From Brevibacterium luteolum (GTDB taxonomy: Bacteria; Actinomycetota; Actinomycetes; Actinomycetales; Brevibacteriaceae): a stretch of DNA of 64,000 nucleotides. The notes under the pieces are model-generated. The model did not search any database. It saw nothing but the letters and a program-made list of their open reading frames with translations, and had not been told where the DNA came from. The stretch covers positions 248,001-312,000 of the forward strand of contig NZ_JABEMC010000001.1 in the NCBI RefSeq assembly GCF_013004595.1, in the 5' to 3' direction. Shown here piece by piece: positions 1-9,287 of the stretch. Each line of letters opens with the position of its first letter. The first letter of the stretch is position 1. The position numbers and the translations under genes are program-made.

Positions 1-416
1 TGCGCGATGACGAGGCCGGCAGTGAAGAGCCCAGCGAATGGCACGTCAGCACCATCACCGTGCAGGTGCCCGACGATGCCGAACGCGTCGTCCCCTCCCG
101 CCAGGCCTACCCGGTGCGCGGGCACATCATCGCCCCGGACGGCACCGACCTGTACCTCAGCATCGAGACCGCCGACGGCCGGATCGCGAGCATCGACCTG
201 ACCGAGGACTACGACGTCTACCCGGACCTCGCCGCCGAGACAGAGGGCGAGGCCTTCGGCATGATCGGCAGCGCCGAGAATGCCGAGGACTGGGACGACG
301 ATGCCGCTGAAGCTGACTGGGAGGCCCGCGAAGCACTGTTCGTGCTGCGCAACTGGCCGCGCGCCGGCGAGTTCGAGATCGTCTCCGACGCCGATCGGAT
401 GCCGAACCTGAGCTGA
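1..416 (+). CDS. Partial (5'-truncated) acidic hypothetical protein
   Basis: The frame of ORF 60..416 is open from position 3 (RDDEAGSEEPSEWHVSTITVQVP...) with high-GC3 codons; stop TGA at 414-416. No family recognised. Confidence 0.7.
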   Translation, partial: RDDEAGSEEPSEWHVSTITVQVPDDAERVVPSRQAYPVRGHIIAPDGTDLYLSIETADGRIASIDLTEDYDVYPDLAAETEGEAFGMIGSAENAEDWDDDAAEADWEAREALFVLRNWPRAGEFEIVSDADRMPNLS

Positions 417-445
417 GCGCAGTCTGCTGCGCCCAAGATCCGCAT

Positions 446-489
446 GGTAACTGTCGTTGACAACTTGAGTTCCGGTAACTAGAATTACC
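446..489 (+). promoter_or_regulatory. SigA-type promoter overlapped by two putative operator boxes
   Basis: TTGACA (457-462), 17 nt, TAGAAT (480-485). Imperfect inverted repeats GGTAAC-N4-GTTGAC (446-461) and GGTAAC-N4-ATTACC (474-489) overlap the -35 and -10. Confidence 0.7.
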
Positions 490-505
490 AAAAAGCAGAG
501 TGTAG

Positions 506-718
506 ATGGAAGTCAAGGACAGTGCTCTCAAGCACGGGGTTCGGCCCGAGGACATTCGTCATGCTCTTGTCAATGTGATAATCGTGCATTTCTTTGATGA
601 CTACAGGATGGTGGTCGGGCCCGCTCGGGACGGTTCGCTTCTAGAGGTCGCGGTGAACCGGTCAAGTGAGGTCATCCATGCGATGCCGGTTCGGCCCAAG
701 TTCCTGCGGCGAAAGTGA
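506..718 (+). CDS. Putative type II toxin (BrnT/RelE-like small basic protein)
   Basis: 70 aa; SALKHG...EDIRHA...GPARDGSLLEV...VIHAM.R.KF pattern typical of small actinobacterial toxin-like proteins; AT-richer than flanks; precedes an HTH gene. Confidence 0.65.
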   Translation: MEVKDSALKHGVRPEDIRHALVNVIIVHFFDDYRMVVGPARDGSLLEVAVNRSSEVIHAMPVRPKFLRRK

Positions 719-728
719 GGGATCAGCG

Positions 729-968
729 ATGCGCAGCGATGAAGACCGGCTCGCAGAAATCGAATCTGGAGATGGCCCGGATCCGATTGCCTCAGTGTCG
801 GGAGAACTGGCGCGTGTTGCGGTGGCTGCGATGGACGTGGAGGGTGCGGAGGCGTCGCTTAGAGATGCTGTTGCTTCTGCCCGACGGGCAGGACACACGT
901 GGCAGTCGATCGGCGATGTGCTCGGCATGACTCGGCAAGGTGCGCTTAAACGATTTCGGGTGGCCTGA
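729..968 (+). CDS. Putative antitoxin with C-terminal HTH
   Basis: ATG 729 after GAGGGA; acidic N-terminus then AVASARRAGHTWQSIGDVLGMTRQGALKRF helix-turn-helix. Confidence 0.7.
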   Translation: MRSDEDRLAEIESGDGPDPIASVSGELARVAVAAMDVEGAEASLRDAVASARRAGHTWQSIGDVLGMTRQGALKRFRVA

Positions 969-1179
969 CTGTTGCGCCATGCATCACTGGTTCTCATCGG
1001 TTGCACGGTGCTGATGTTCGACTCTTGACAGTTGCCGCTTTGAGCCGAAACCCTTACTCGTCCTGCCGTGGTCGCGGCAACTTAGGTTGCATCATTGGTG
1101 TTGCGCTTCCGCGTTCAGATGACAAGCACACTCGTCCTGGTCTGCAACTTTCGAGGCGTGCGTCGACTGCAGCACCCCT

Positions 1180-1205
1180 GGAATAACTCGCCGGCCGGGG
1201 TGGTT
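1180..1205 (+). promoter_or_regulatory. SigH/SigR-type thiol-stress promoter of msrA
   Basis: GGAAT-N18-GTT ending 9 nt before the msrA ATG; matches the actinobacterial SigR/SigH consensus. Confidence 0.7.
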
Positions 1206-1214
1206 CCGACGAAT

Positions 1215-1736
1215 ATGCAGACTTTGACCCTGGCCGCAGGGTGCTTCTGGTGTTTGGAGGCCATCTACCGGCAGACCCGCGGCGTCGACTCCGTCATCAG
1301 CGGCTATACCGGTGGTCACACCTCTGACCCGGACTACTACTCCGTGTGCTCGGGCACCACCGGCCATGCCGAGGCCCTGCAGGTGACCTTCGATGAGGAC
1401 GTCATCACCGACGACGTGATCCTCTCGATGTTCTTCACCTCGCATGACCCCACCAGCCTCAACCGGCAGGGCAACGACGTCGGCACCCAGTACCGTTCGG
1501 CGATGTTCTACCGCGACGAGGACGAACGGCAGCGCTTTGCCGCCGCCATCGAAGACGCCCAGGAGCTCTACGCGGAACCGATCGTCACCACTCTCGAACC
1601 GCTGGGCGACTTCCACGTCGCTGAGGACATCCACCAGGACTTCTACCAGCGCAACCGGTTCAACGGATACTGCATGTTCATCGTCGACCCCAAGCTCGCC
1701 GCCGCCCGGCGCGCCTACGCAGAATGGATGCAGTGA
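1215..1736 (+). CDS. msrA: Peptide-methionine (S)-S-oxide reductase
   Basis: GCFWC active site, GYTGG, GTTGHAE, HDPT..NRQGNDVGTQYRS, AE..HQ motifs. Confidence 0.97.
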   Translation: MQTLTLAAGCFWCLEAIYRQTRGVDSVISGYTGGHTSDPDYYSVCSGTTGHAEALQVTFDEDVITDDVILSMFFTSHDPTSLNRQGNDVGTQYRSAMFYRDEDERQRFAAAIEDAQELYAEPIVTTLEPLGDFHVAEDIHQDFYQRNRFNGYCMFIVDPKLAAARRAYAEWMQ

Positions 1737-2488
1737 TGAGCCACCCACAGCCTGCCGCCACCCGCTTCGACGACCCGGTGCTGGCCGCGATGGCCGCCCG
1801 CCGCTCGATCTCGAAGGTCGGCTCGCAGACCCCGAACGACGACGAGCTCCTCGCCCTCCTCGACGCCGTCACCCCGGTCGCCGATCACAAGGCGCTCAAA
1901 CCGTGGCGACTGCTGACGATCCGCGGCGACGACCGTCTCCGGCTCGGTGCGGCCCTCGACGCAGCCGCCGGACGCGAACCCGGTGACAAGCCGAACCCCA
2001 AACCGCTGCGCGCTGAACTGCTCATCGCCGTCATCGCCTCACCGACCGAGCACCCTAAAGTCCCCGAATGGGAGCAGCACGCCACCGCCGCCGGTGCCGC
2101 CCACTTACTCGAACTCGCCCTCTGGCAGGCCGGCTGGGGCGTCATGTGGCGCACCGGGCTTGACGCCAACGCCCCGGCTGTGCGAGCCCTGCACGGGCTG
2201 GGGGAGGACGAGCTGTTTATGGGCTGGCTCTACGTCGGCGACATCGACCCTGCCTTCCGCAAGCGCCTGGAGACCTCCCGCCGCCCACCGAAGGACCCCA
2301 GCCAGTTCCTCTCCACTCTGCCCGCGCCCGAGGAGGTGACGGCGGAGAGCACCGATGCTGACGATCCAGCAGGGGAGCGCGCCGGCCAGCGCGCCGACGA
2401 GAAGGCGGCCACAACTGCGGCGAAGAAGACCGCCAAGAAAGCTGCGAAGAAGGCAAAGAAGAAGGCAAAGAAGAAGGACCGGCGGTAA
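1736..2488 (+). CDS. Nitroreductase family protein (YdjA-like) with Lys/Ala-rich C-terminal tail
   Basis: RRSI, ADH..LKPWR, GWGVMWRTG motifs; TGATG coupling with msrA. Confidence 0.88.
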   Translation: MSHPQPAATRFDDPVLAAMAARRSISKVGSQTPNDDELLALLDAVTPVADHKALKPWRLLTIRGDDRLRLGAALDAAAGREPGDKPNPKPLRAELLIAVIASPTEHPKVPEWEQHATAAGAAHLLELALWQAGWGVMWRTGLDANAPAVRALHGLGEDELFMGWLYVGDIDPAFRKRLETSRRPPKDPSQFLSTLPAPEEVTAESTDADDPAGERAGQRADEKAATTAAKKTAKKAAKKAKKKAKKKDRR

Positions 2489-3745
2489 GTGAGCCACCCC
2501 GCATCCGCCGCCTCCCGGCAGCCCCTGCCCGGGGAGATCACCGTCCTCGTCGCCGCGGCCTTCACCGTCGCCATCGGCTACGGCATCATCGCCCCGGTGC
2601 TGCCGCAGTTCGCCGAAAGCTTCGACCTCGGCGTCACCGCCGCGACCATCGTCGTGAGCTCATTCGCCTTCTTCCGGTTCGTATTCGCCCCCGCCGGCGG
2701 CAGCCTCGTCAACGCACTCGGCGAGCGCCGGGTCTACATCACCGGCCTGCTCATCGTCGCCGCCTCCACCTTCGCCGTGGCACTCGCCCAGAACTACTGG
2801 CAGCTGCTGATCTTCCGCGGCCTCGGCGGGCTCGGTTCGACGATGTTCACCGTCTCGGCGATGGCCCTCATCGTCCGCATCGCTCCGGTCCGCCAGCGGG
2901 CCCGGGCGACCAGCGCCTACGCCACCGCCTTCCTCGTCGGCAACATCGCCGGCCCCGTCGTCGGCGGGCTCATGGCCGGGTGGGGGATGCGCGTGCCGTT
3001 CATCGTCTACGCCGTCGCCCTCGTCATCGCCGCCGCGATCGTGTGGCTGCGCCTCGATGCCACCCGCATCGACGTGCTTGCCACCAGCGCCAACCGCGAC
3101 GAGGCGACCACCGCCTCGGGTGCGGAGGCGCCGGACACCTCGCGGATGGGCTTCCGCGAAGCCTGGCGCGACTCCGCCTACCGGGCCGCTCTGCTGTCCG
3201 GATTCGTCCACGGCTGGGCGTCGATGGGCATCCGCGTGGCCCTCTACCCGCTCTTCGCCCTCCACGTGCTCAGCGCCGGACCCAAGACCGCCGGGCTGGC
3301 GCTGACGTTCTTCGCCCTGGGCAACTTCGCCGCCGTGCGCGTCGTCGGCCGCTACTCCGACTTCCACGGCCGCAAGCCCTTCATCGTCACCGGCCTCATC
3401 ATCATGGGTGCCGCAACGATCGTGCTCGGCCTCAGCCCGTCGGTGTGGGTGTTCTACGCCCTCTCCGTCATCGCCGGCATCGGCGCAGGCCTGCTCAACC
3501 CCGCCCAGCAGGCCGCGATCTCCGATATCGTCGGCTCGACCCGCAAGTCTGGAACCGTGTTCTCCCGCTACCAGATGGCGATGGACGCCGGCGCGATCCT
3601 CGGCCCGATCCTGGCCGGCATGCTCGTCGACACCAGCGGCTACGCCCTGGCCTTCGCGCTGACCGGGGTGCTCGCGCTGCTCGCAGCCCTCGCGTGGGCT
3701 TCCGGACGGGAGACCCTGCCCGCCGGCGAGGCGCCGGCCCGGTGA
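2489..3745 (+). CDS. MFS transporter (DHA1-like)
   Basis: About 12 hydrophobic segments; G.L...LGERR and GRYSDFHGRK motif A copies; GPVVGG motif C. Confidence 0.92.
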   Translation: MSHPASAASRQPLPGEITVLVAAAFTVAIGYGIIAPVLPQFAESFDLGVTAATIVVSSFAFFRFVFAPAGGSLVNALGERRVYITGLLIVAASTFAVALAQNYWQLLIFRGLGGLGSTMFTVSAMALIVRIAPVRQRARATSAYATAFLVGNIAGPVVGGLMAGWGMRVPFIVYAVALVIAAAIVWLRLDATRIDVLATSANRDEATTASGAEAPDTSRMGFREAWRDSAYRAALLSGFVHGWASMGIRVALYPLFALHVLSAGPKTAGLALTFFALGNFAAVRVVGRYSDFHGRKPFIVTGLIIMGAATIVLGLSPSVWVFYALSVIAGIGAGLLNPAQQAAISDIVGSTRKSGTVFSRYQMAMDAGAILGPILAGMLVDTSGYALAFALTGVLALLAALAWASGRETLPAGEAPAR

Positions 3746-3958
3746 GCGACCGGCCAGCCGGCAGAGCCGCCCGTTGAATGGTTCACAAGTTCGGTCACTA
3801 ACCTGGGGGGTGGTCAGGTGGGGGAAACCCGACCCACCCGGCCGGACACCCGCAGTGCCGCTGTGGCAAGCTGTCCCTAGGCTGAAGACAACAGTTGCCG
3901 CCGTTGGAGGCCGGCCCTCAGGCAGCCGAACTCCAACACCCACATGTGAAGGACACAT

Positions 3959-6900
3959 ATGAACCTGCTCACCCGTGTGAGTCTGCGCAACCGGGCGCTC
4001 ATCGCCCTCATCTCCGTCATCGCGATCGGCTTCGGCCTCATCGCCACCGCCCAGATGAAGAAGGAGCTCTTCCCCGACCTGCAGATGCCGCAGGCCTTCG
4101 TCACCACCTCCTACGACGGTGCCAGCCCCGAAGCCGTCGAGAAGGAGGTCACCGAACCTCTCGAAGCCGCACTGAACAACGTCGCCGAGGTGGAGAAGGT
4201 CTCCTCAGTCTCGATGGCCGGGTCCTCCCAGGTCATCGTCGAGACGAAGTACGGCACCTCGTCTGATGAGATCGTCCGGCAGCTCCAGCGCGCCGTCTCC
4301 CAGGCTCAGCCGCAGCTGCCCGACGGCTCCGAGCCCGAGGTGTTCTCCGCTTCGACAGCCGACATCCCGATCGCGATGCTCACCGTCACCGGCTCCGATG
4401 ACCCTGAGGCGCTCGCTCAGGAGCTCGACGACGTCGCCGTGCCTGAGCTCAAGCGCATCGACGGCGTCCGCGCCGTCGACGTCACCGGCGCACCGGTCAA
4501 GGAAGTCTCGATCGAAGCCGATGAGGACAAACTCGAAGACGAGGGCTTGAGTCCCGACGCGCTGGCCGGGATTCTGCAGGCCAACGGCATCCCCACCTCG
4601 GCAGGCGACCTCGTCGATGAGGGCAAAACCACCCCGGTGTCCGTCGGCGCCCGGCTGACCAGTGTCGACCAGATCGCCAACCTCGCTCTGCCCGGTAAGG
4701 ACGAACCGGTGCTGCTCAAGGACGTCGCGACAGTCGAGCTGCGGGAGGCGGACTCCCAGTCGATCTCGCGCACCAACGGCGAACCGGCGCTGTCACTGAT
4801 GGTGATGAAGAAGCCCGATGGCAACATCGTCGAGATCTCCGATGCCGTGGCGGAGAAGCTGCCGCAGCTCAAGGAGCGGATGAGCGAGAACGTCGAGTTC
4901 CACACCGTCTTCGACCAGGCGCCCTTCATCAAGCAGTCGATCGACGACCTCGTAGGCGAGGGCGTCTTCGGCCTCATCTTCGCCGTCCTCGTCATCCTCG
5001 TGTTCCTGCTCTCGGTGCGCGCGACGATCATCACCGCGATCTCGATCCCGCTCTCACTGCTTGTCACCCTCTTGAGCCTGTGGCTGAGCGGCTACAGCCT
5101 CAACATGCTCACCCTGGCAGCACTCACGATCTCGATCGGCCGTGTCGTCGACGACTCGATCGTCGTCATCGAGGCGATCCGCAGACGCCACGCCCAGGGC
5201 GGGACGAAGTTCACCTCGATCATGGGAGCCGTCTCCGAGGTCGCCGGCGCCATCACCGCCTCGACCCTGACGACGATGGCCGTGTTCGTGCCGATGATCT
5301 TCGTCTCCGGTCAGACCGGTGAGATGTTCCGGCCCTTCGCCCTGACCGCAGCGATCGCGCTGGCCTCTTCGCTTCTCGTGGCACTCACGATCGTCCCGGT
5401 GCTCGCCTACTGGTTCCTGCGCGCCCGCGAATCCCGCGTCAAGCTCACCCGCGCGCAGAAGCAGCAGATCCGCGCCGACCGCAAGGCCAACCTTCGGCAG
5501 TGGAAAGCCGAACGCAAAGCCGCCCGCAAGCGTCCGGTCTCCATCGGGGCTCCCGCCGGAAGGCATGCGACCAGCGAACTGCCGATCGTCGGCGAGTCCG
5601 CGGCAACCGCAGCCGGTGGTACCGCCGCGACCACCGCCTCGGGCACGGCGACCGGTGGGCAGCCCGGCAGCGAGGTCGACGAGCTCGCCGCGCTGCGCTC
5701 GCCGGTCACCCGGCTGCAGAAGACCTACGTTCCGTTCATCTCCGCCTCGACGAAGCACCCGGTCATCACTCTCATCATCGCGGTGCTCGTGCTCGCCGGC
5801 ACCGTGTTCATGATCCCGCAGCTGAAAACCGAGCTGTTCCCCGACACCGGGCAGGACTTCCTGCAGGTCGAGCAGAGCTTCGAAGCCGGCAGCTCACTGG
5901 AAGAGTCCGGCGAGCAGGCCGCGATCGTCGAGGACGTGTTCGACAAGTACGACGAGATCGAGTCCTACCAGCTCTCGATCGGCGACAACTCGATGGGCGG
6001 CGACGCCGCAGCCGGCACCCACCTGCTCAACCTCAAGCCCGGCACGAGCATCAAGAATCTGTCCGCGAAGCTGGAAGACGACTTCGAGGACCTCGACGGC
6101 GCCGGTGAGCTCACCATCCAAAGCGAAGGCGGCGGCATGAGCAACGACATCGAGGTCACGGTCACCGGCTCGGACACCGACAAGCTCGCCACCGCCAGTG
6201 AGGACATCGCCGATGCGGTGCGCGACCTCGATGAGGTGCAGTCGGTGACCACCGACCTGGAGGCCACCCAGCCGACCCTCGAAGTCGACATCGACCGCAA
6301 GAAGGCCGCCGAAGAGGGCCTCGACGAGGCCACCGTCGGCCAGGTGGTGCAGCGGGCGATGAACGGCCAGCAGATCGGAAACGTCGTCATCGACAACCTC
6401 GGCCACCGCGTCGTGCTGCACGCCGGCGACGTCTCGACGGTGGGCGAGCTCGAAGACCTCGAAATCCCCGTGACGGCCCAGGCGGCCGGCGGTGCTGGTG
6501 CCTCAGGCACCGGCCAGGATGGTATCAGTGACATGGGCCAGGACACCGGTGCGGGCATGATGCCCGGCGCACCGGCCCCAGCCCCCGCGCCGGAACCGGA
6601 GACGGTCAAGCTCTCGGAGATCGCCGAGGTCAATCGCACCGAGACGCCCGCTGAGATCCGCCACACGGAAGGCCAGCGCTCGGTCACGGTGACGATCACC
6701 CCGGCCGGCAACGACCTGGGTGCAGCCAGCCAGGCGGTGCAGAAGGCCGCTGCCGATGTCGACACCCCGCAGGGTGTGACCGTCGACTTCGGCGGTGCGA
6801 CAGCCGAGCAGCAGGAGGCGTTCACGCAGATGGGACTCGCGCTGCTGGCGGCGATCCTCATCACCTTCGTCATCCTGGTGGCAACCTTCAAGTCGCTGCT

Positions 6901-7609
6901 GCAGCCGCTCATCCTGCTCGTGTCGATCCCGTTCGCCGCGACCGGTTCGATCGGCCTGTCGCTGCTGACCGATACGCCGCTGGGCATGACGTCGATGGTC
7001 GGTCTGCTCATGCTCGTGGGCATCGTCGTGACGAACGCGATCGTGCTCATCGACCTCATCAACCACTTCCGCCGTCACGGCGTGGAGCTGCGTACTGCGA
7101 TCATCCATGGTGCCCGGCTGCGCTACCGGCCGATCCTCATGACCGCTGCGGCGACGATCTTCGCGCTCGTGCCGATGGCGCTGGGGATCTCCGGTGAGGG
7201 CATGCTCATCTCCAAGCCGCTGGCGATCGTCGTCATCGGCGGCCTGGTGAGCTCGACGGTGCTGACCCTCATCCTCGTGCCGGTGCTGTACCTGCTGCTC
7301 GAAAGCGTCAAGGAGCGCCGCACCGAACGCCGGGTCATCTCGGACATGACCCGCTCGCACGTCATCGACCAGGCCGAGGCTGAGGCCGAACGCAAGGAGA
7401 CCGCAGCCGCCATGGCAGGCACCGGCAGCAGGACGGTGGGAAGCACAGCAGCTGATGCTGTCCCCGCCTCGCGTGCGGATGGCGCCGCCAGCGCTGTGGA
7501 CGTGGGCGAATCTGCTTCCACCGGCGCAGCTGAGACCCAGGCGAAGGAGACCGGTGAGCCCCGGGCGGACGAGGCCGAGACCTCGGGACCGGAGCAGAAG
7601 CCGGAGTGA
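3959..7609 (+). CDS. RND efflux permease (AcrB/SwrC-like)
   Basis: ELFPD, GASPE.VE..VT.PLE, GRVVDDSIVVIE, GIVVTNAIVL, RYRPILMT motifs. Confidence 0.95.
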   Translation: MNLLTRVSLRNRALIALISVIAIGFGLIATAQMKKELFPDLQMPQAFVTTSYDGASPEAVEKEVTEPLEAALNNVAEVEKVSSVSMAGSSQVIVETKYGTSSDEIVRQLQRAVSQAQPQLPDGSEPEVFSASTADIPIAMLTVTGSDDPEALAQELDDVAVPELKRIDGVRAVDVTGAPVKEVSIEADEDKLEDEGLSPDALAGILQANGIPTSAGDLVDEGKTTPVSVGARLTSVDQIANLALPGKDEPVLLKDVATVELREADSQSISRTNGEPALSLMVMKKPDGNIVEISDAVAEKLPQLKERMSENVEFHTVFDQAPFIKQSIDDLVGEGVFGLIFAVLVILVFLLSVRATIITAISIPLSLLVTLLSLWLSGYSLNMLTLAALTISIGRVVDDSIVVIEAIRRRHAQGGTKFTSIMGAVSEVAGAITASTLTTMAVFVPMIFVSGQTGEMFRPFALTAAIALASSLLVALTIVPVLAYWFLRARESRVKLTRAQKQQIRADRKANLRQWKAERKAARKRPVSIGAPAGRHATSELPIVGESAATAAGGTAATTASGTATGGQPGSEVDELAALRSPVTRLQKTYVPFISASTKHPVITLIIAVLVLAGTVFMIPQLKTELFPDTGQDFLQVEQSFEAGSSLEESGEQAAIVEDVFDKYDEIESYQLSIGDNSMGGDAAAGTHLLNLKPGTSIKNLSAKLEDDFEDLDGAGELTIQSEGGGMSNDIEVTVTGSDTDKLATASEDIADAVRDLDEVQSVTTDLEATQPTLEVDIDRKKAAEEGLDEATVGQVVQRAMNGQQIGNVVIDNLGHRVVLHAGDVSTVGELEDLEIPVTAQAAGGAGASGTGQDGISDMGQDTGAGMMPGAPAPAPAPEPETVKLSEIAEVNRTETPAEIRHTEGQRSVTVTITPAGNDLGAASQAVQKAAADVDTPQGVTVDFGGATAEQQEAFTQMGLALLAAILITFVILVATFKSLLQPLILLVSIPFAATGSIGLSLLTDTPLGMTSMVGLLMLVGIVVTNAIVLIDLINHFRRHGVELRTAIIHGARLRYRPILMTAAATIFALVPMALGISGEGMLISKPLAIVVIGGLVSSTVLTLILVPVLYLLLESVKERRTERRVISDMTRSHVIDQAEAEAERKETAAAMAGTGSRTVGSTAADAVPASRADGAASAVDVGESASTGAAETQAKETGEPRADEAETSGPEQKPE

Positions 7610-8388
7610 TCCGCCCGCGCTTCGGTGTCGAGCTGCTCGTCGTCGCTGCGCTGTCGCTGGGAAAGTCGGCGGCGTATGCGGTGGTGAACCTGCTCGACAC
7701 CGTCTCGCGGGGGCCGCTGGCTGAGGCGCAGGCGAAGCTCAACACTGAGGCCTCGCCCCGGCCGTGGTTCGACCTGACCTACCAGCTCATGGGCATCGGG
7801 TTCGCGCTCGTGCCGGTGCTGCTGGCGATCTGGCTGATGAACCGCGATGTGCTCTACATGCAGTCAGACAGCCTCGACCCCTCCGCCGACACCCGCCCGG
7901 CGCTCACCCGCATGGGCCTGGACTTCCGGGCACCGGGCCGGGACGCCGGGTGGGGACTCGGGCTGTTCTTCATCATCGGCATCGGCACGCTCGGGGTGTA
8001 CTTCGCCGGGCGGCTGGCCGGGGTCACCGCCGAGGTGCTGCCGAACAACCTCGGCGCCTACTGGTGGACGATCCCGGTGCTCATCCTGTCGGCCGCCAAG
8101 AACGGCATCCTCGAAGAGGTGCTGCTGCTCGGCTACGGCTTCGACCGGCTCGCCAAGCTCCGCTGGGCACCGTGGGCCATCATCATCGCCCTCGCGCTCG
8201 CCCGCGGCAGCTACCACCTGTACCAGGGCATCGGCCCGTTCATCGGCAACGTCGTCATGGGCCTCATCTTCGGCGCGGCCTACCTGCGTATCCGCCGGGT
8301 CATGCCCTTCGTCGCGGCTCACACGGCCATCGACATCGTCGGATTCCTCGCTCCCGAGGTGCTCGCCATGGTCGACCCGCGGCTCTGA
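7606..8388 (+). CDS. CPBP/Abi family intramembrane glutamic protease
   Basis: NGILEEV, RGSYHLYQG and AHTAID motifs; hydrophobic; 4-nt overlap with the RND gene. Confidence 0.9.
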   Translation: MIRPRFGVELLVVAALSLGKSAAYAVVNLLDTVSRGPLAEAQAKLNTEASPRPWFDLTYQLMGIGFALVPVLLAIWLMNRDVLYMQSDSLDPSADTRPALTRMGLDFRAPGRDAGWGLGLFFIIGIGTLGVYFAGRLAGVTAEVLPNNLGAYWWTIPVLILSAAKNGILEEVLLLGYGFDRLAKLRWAPWAIIIALALARGSYHLYQGIGPFIGNVVMGLIFGAAYLRIRRVMPFVAAHTAIDIVGFLAPEVLAMVDPRL

Positions 8389-8411
8389 GGGCCGCTCCCA
8401 GGGCGCCCGTA

Positions 8412-9053
8412 TCAGATCGTGACGGTGCCGTTCGGGGTCTCGAAGGTCACCGACATGAGACCGGGCGTGCCGTGCGGGGAGTCCCAGTCGATGCCGATCT
8501 CGGAGATCGGCTTCTTGTCCTGGGTGCCGAGCCAGTCGCGCAGCCGGTCGCGGTCGCCGGCGATCTTGAGCGAGGTGATCGACACCCCGCAGCCGGCGCC
8601 GCGGGCAGACGGATGCTCGTCCGCCGAGGAGACCCAGCGGATGAAGAACGGCAGCTGCGGATCGGCGATGAGGCCTTTGATGCCGATCTGCTTCCACAAA
8701 AGCTCGACACCGGTGTCGGGCGTGCGGTTGCCGTCCACGGCCTTGCGCTCGAGGCGCTCCTCGACCGGGTCGAGATCATCGACGGCGACACACCAGCCCA
8801 TCCAGCCGCCGCCGAGTTCGCTGCGGGCGCGCACCGCCTGACCGAACGGCGTCGACAGGGCTGCGGGATGTTCGAGGGCTTCGACGACCTCGACATAGTG
8901 CCCGTCGGCGAGCGGGAAGATGAGATTGCGGGTGCCGAAGCGCGGATGCACGCCGCCGTCGTAGGCCTCGATGCCCAGCTTTTCGGCGATTCTGGCCGCG
9001 GTCTTCTCGTAGCCGTCGGGTTCGCTTGCGAAGGAGACGTGGTCAAGATGCAT
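8412..9053 (-). CDS. VOC/glyoxalase-like family protein
   Basis: LDHVS, GGVHPRFGTRN, YVEVV, LPFFIRW (Glyoxalase_3-type). Confidence 0.9.
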   Translation of the reverse strand: MHLDHVSFASEPDGYEKTAARIAEKLGIEAYDGGVHPRFGTRNLIFPLADGHYVEVVEALEHPAALSTPFGQAVRARSELGGGWMGWCVAVDDLDPVEERLERKAVDGNRTPDTGVELLWKQIGIKGLIADPQLPFFIRWVSSADEHPSARGAGCGVSITSLKIAGDRDRLRDWLGTQDKKPISEIGIDWDSPHGTPGLMSVTFETPNGTVTI

Positions 9054-9084
9054 ACGTGAAGAATCCCACACTGGCAATACCTGT

Positions 9085-9103
9085 GCTCCTTAGCCTTGCC
9101 TAA
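9085..9103 (-). promoter_or_regulatory. Possible DtxR/IdeR iron box upstream of the VOC gene
   Basis: Minus strand TTAGGCAAGGCTAAGGAGC; 13/19 match to TWAGGTWAGSCTWACCTWA, all within the first 14 nt. Confidence 0.45.
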
Positions 9104-9287
9104 GTCGTCTGCCGGCGGCGGTGCGCGTCGTCACGGCTCACCGGGGCCGAGGCGGTGAAGCCCCAGGTGGCACCGGCACCTCTGCTGACCGGCAGGGTGA
9201 GCAGACGTGTCCGGCGGCCTGTCCACCTCGTGGAACAGGCCGCCGGAATCAGGTGCGTCTCAGCGCCTCAGCGGGCTCAGCCGGGGG

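Noticed and set aside
1025..1055. Second TTGACA promoter
   Set aside because: No -10-like hexamer at suitable spacing.
1095..1214. N-terminal extensions from the ORF track (msrA, tilS, folE, folP, DUF2520, prpD, sulP, trkA, trkH)
   Set aside because: Downstream starts fit RBS or -10 positions, gene coupling and family N-termini better.
3800..3840. G-rich tract GGGGAAACCC upstream of the RND gene as a response-regulator site or G-quadruplex
   Set aside because: Short and degenerate in high-GC DNA, with no cognate regulator nearby.
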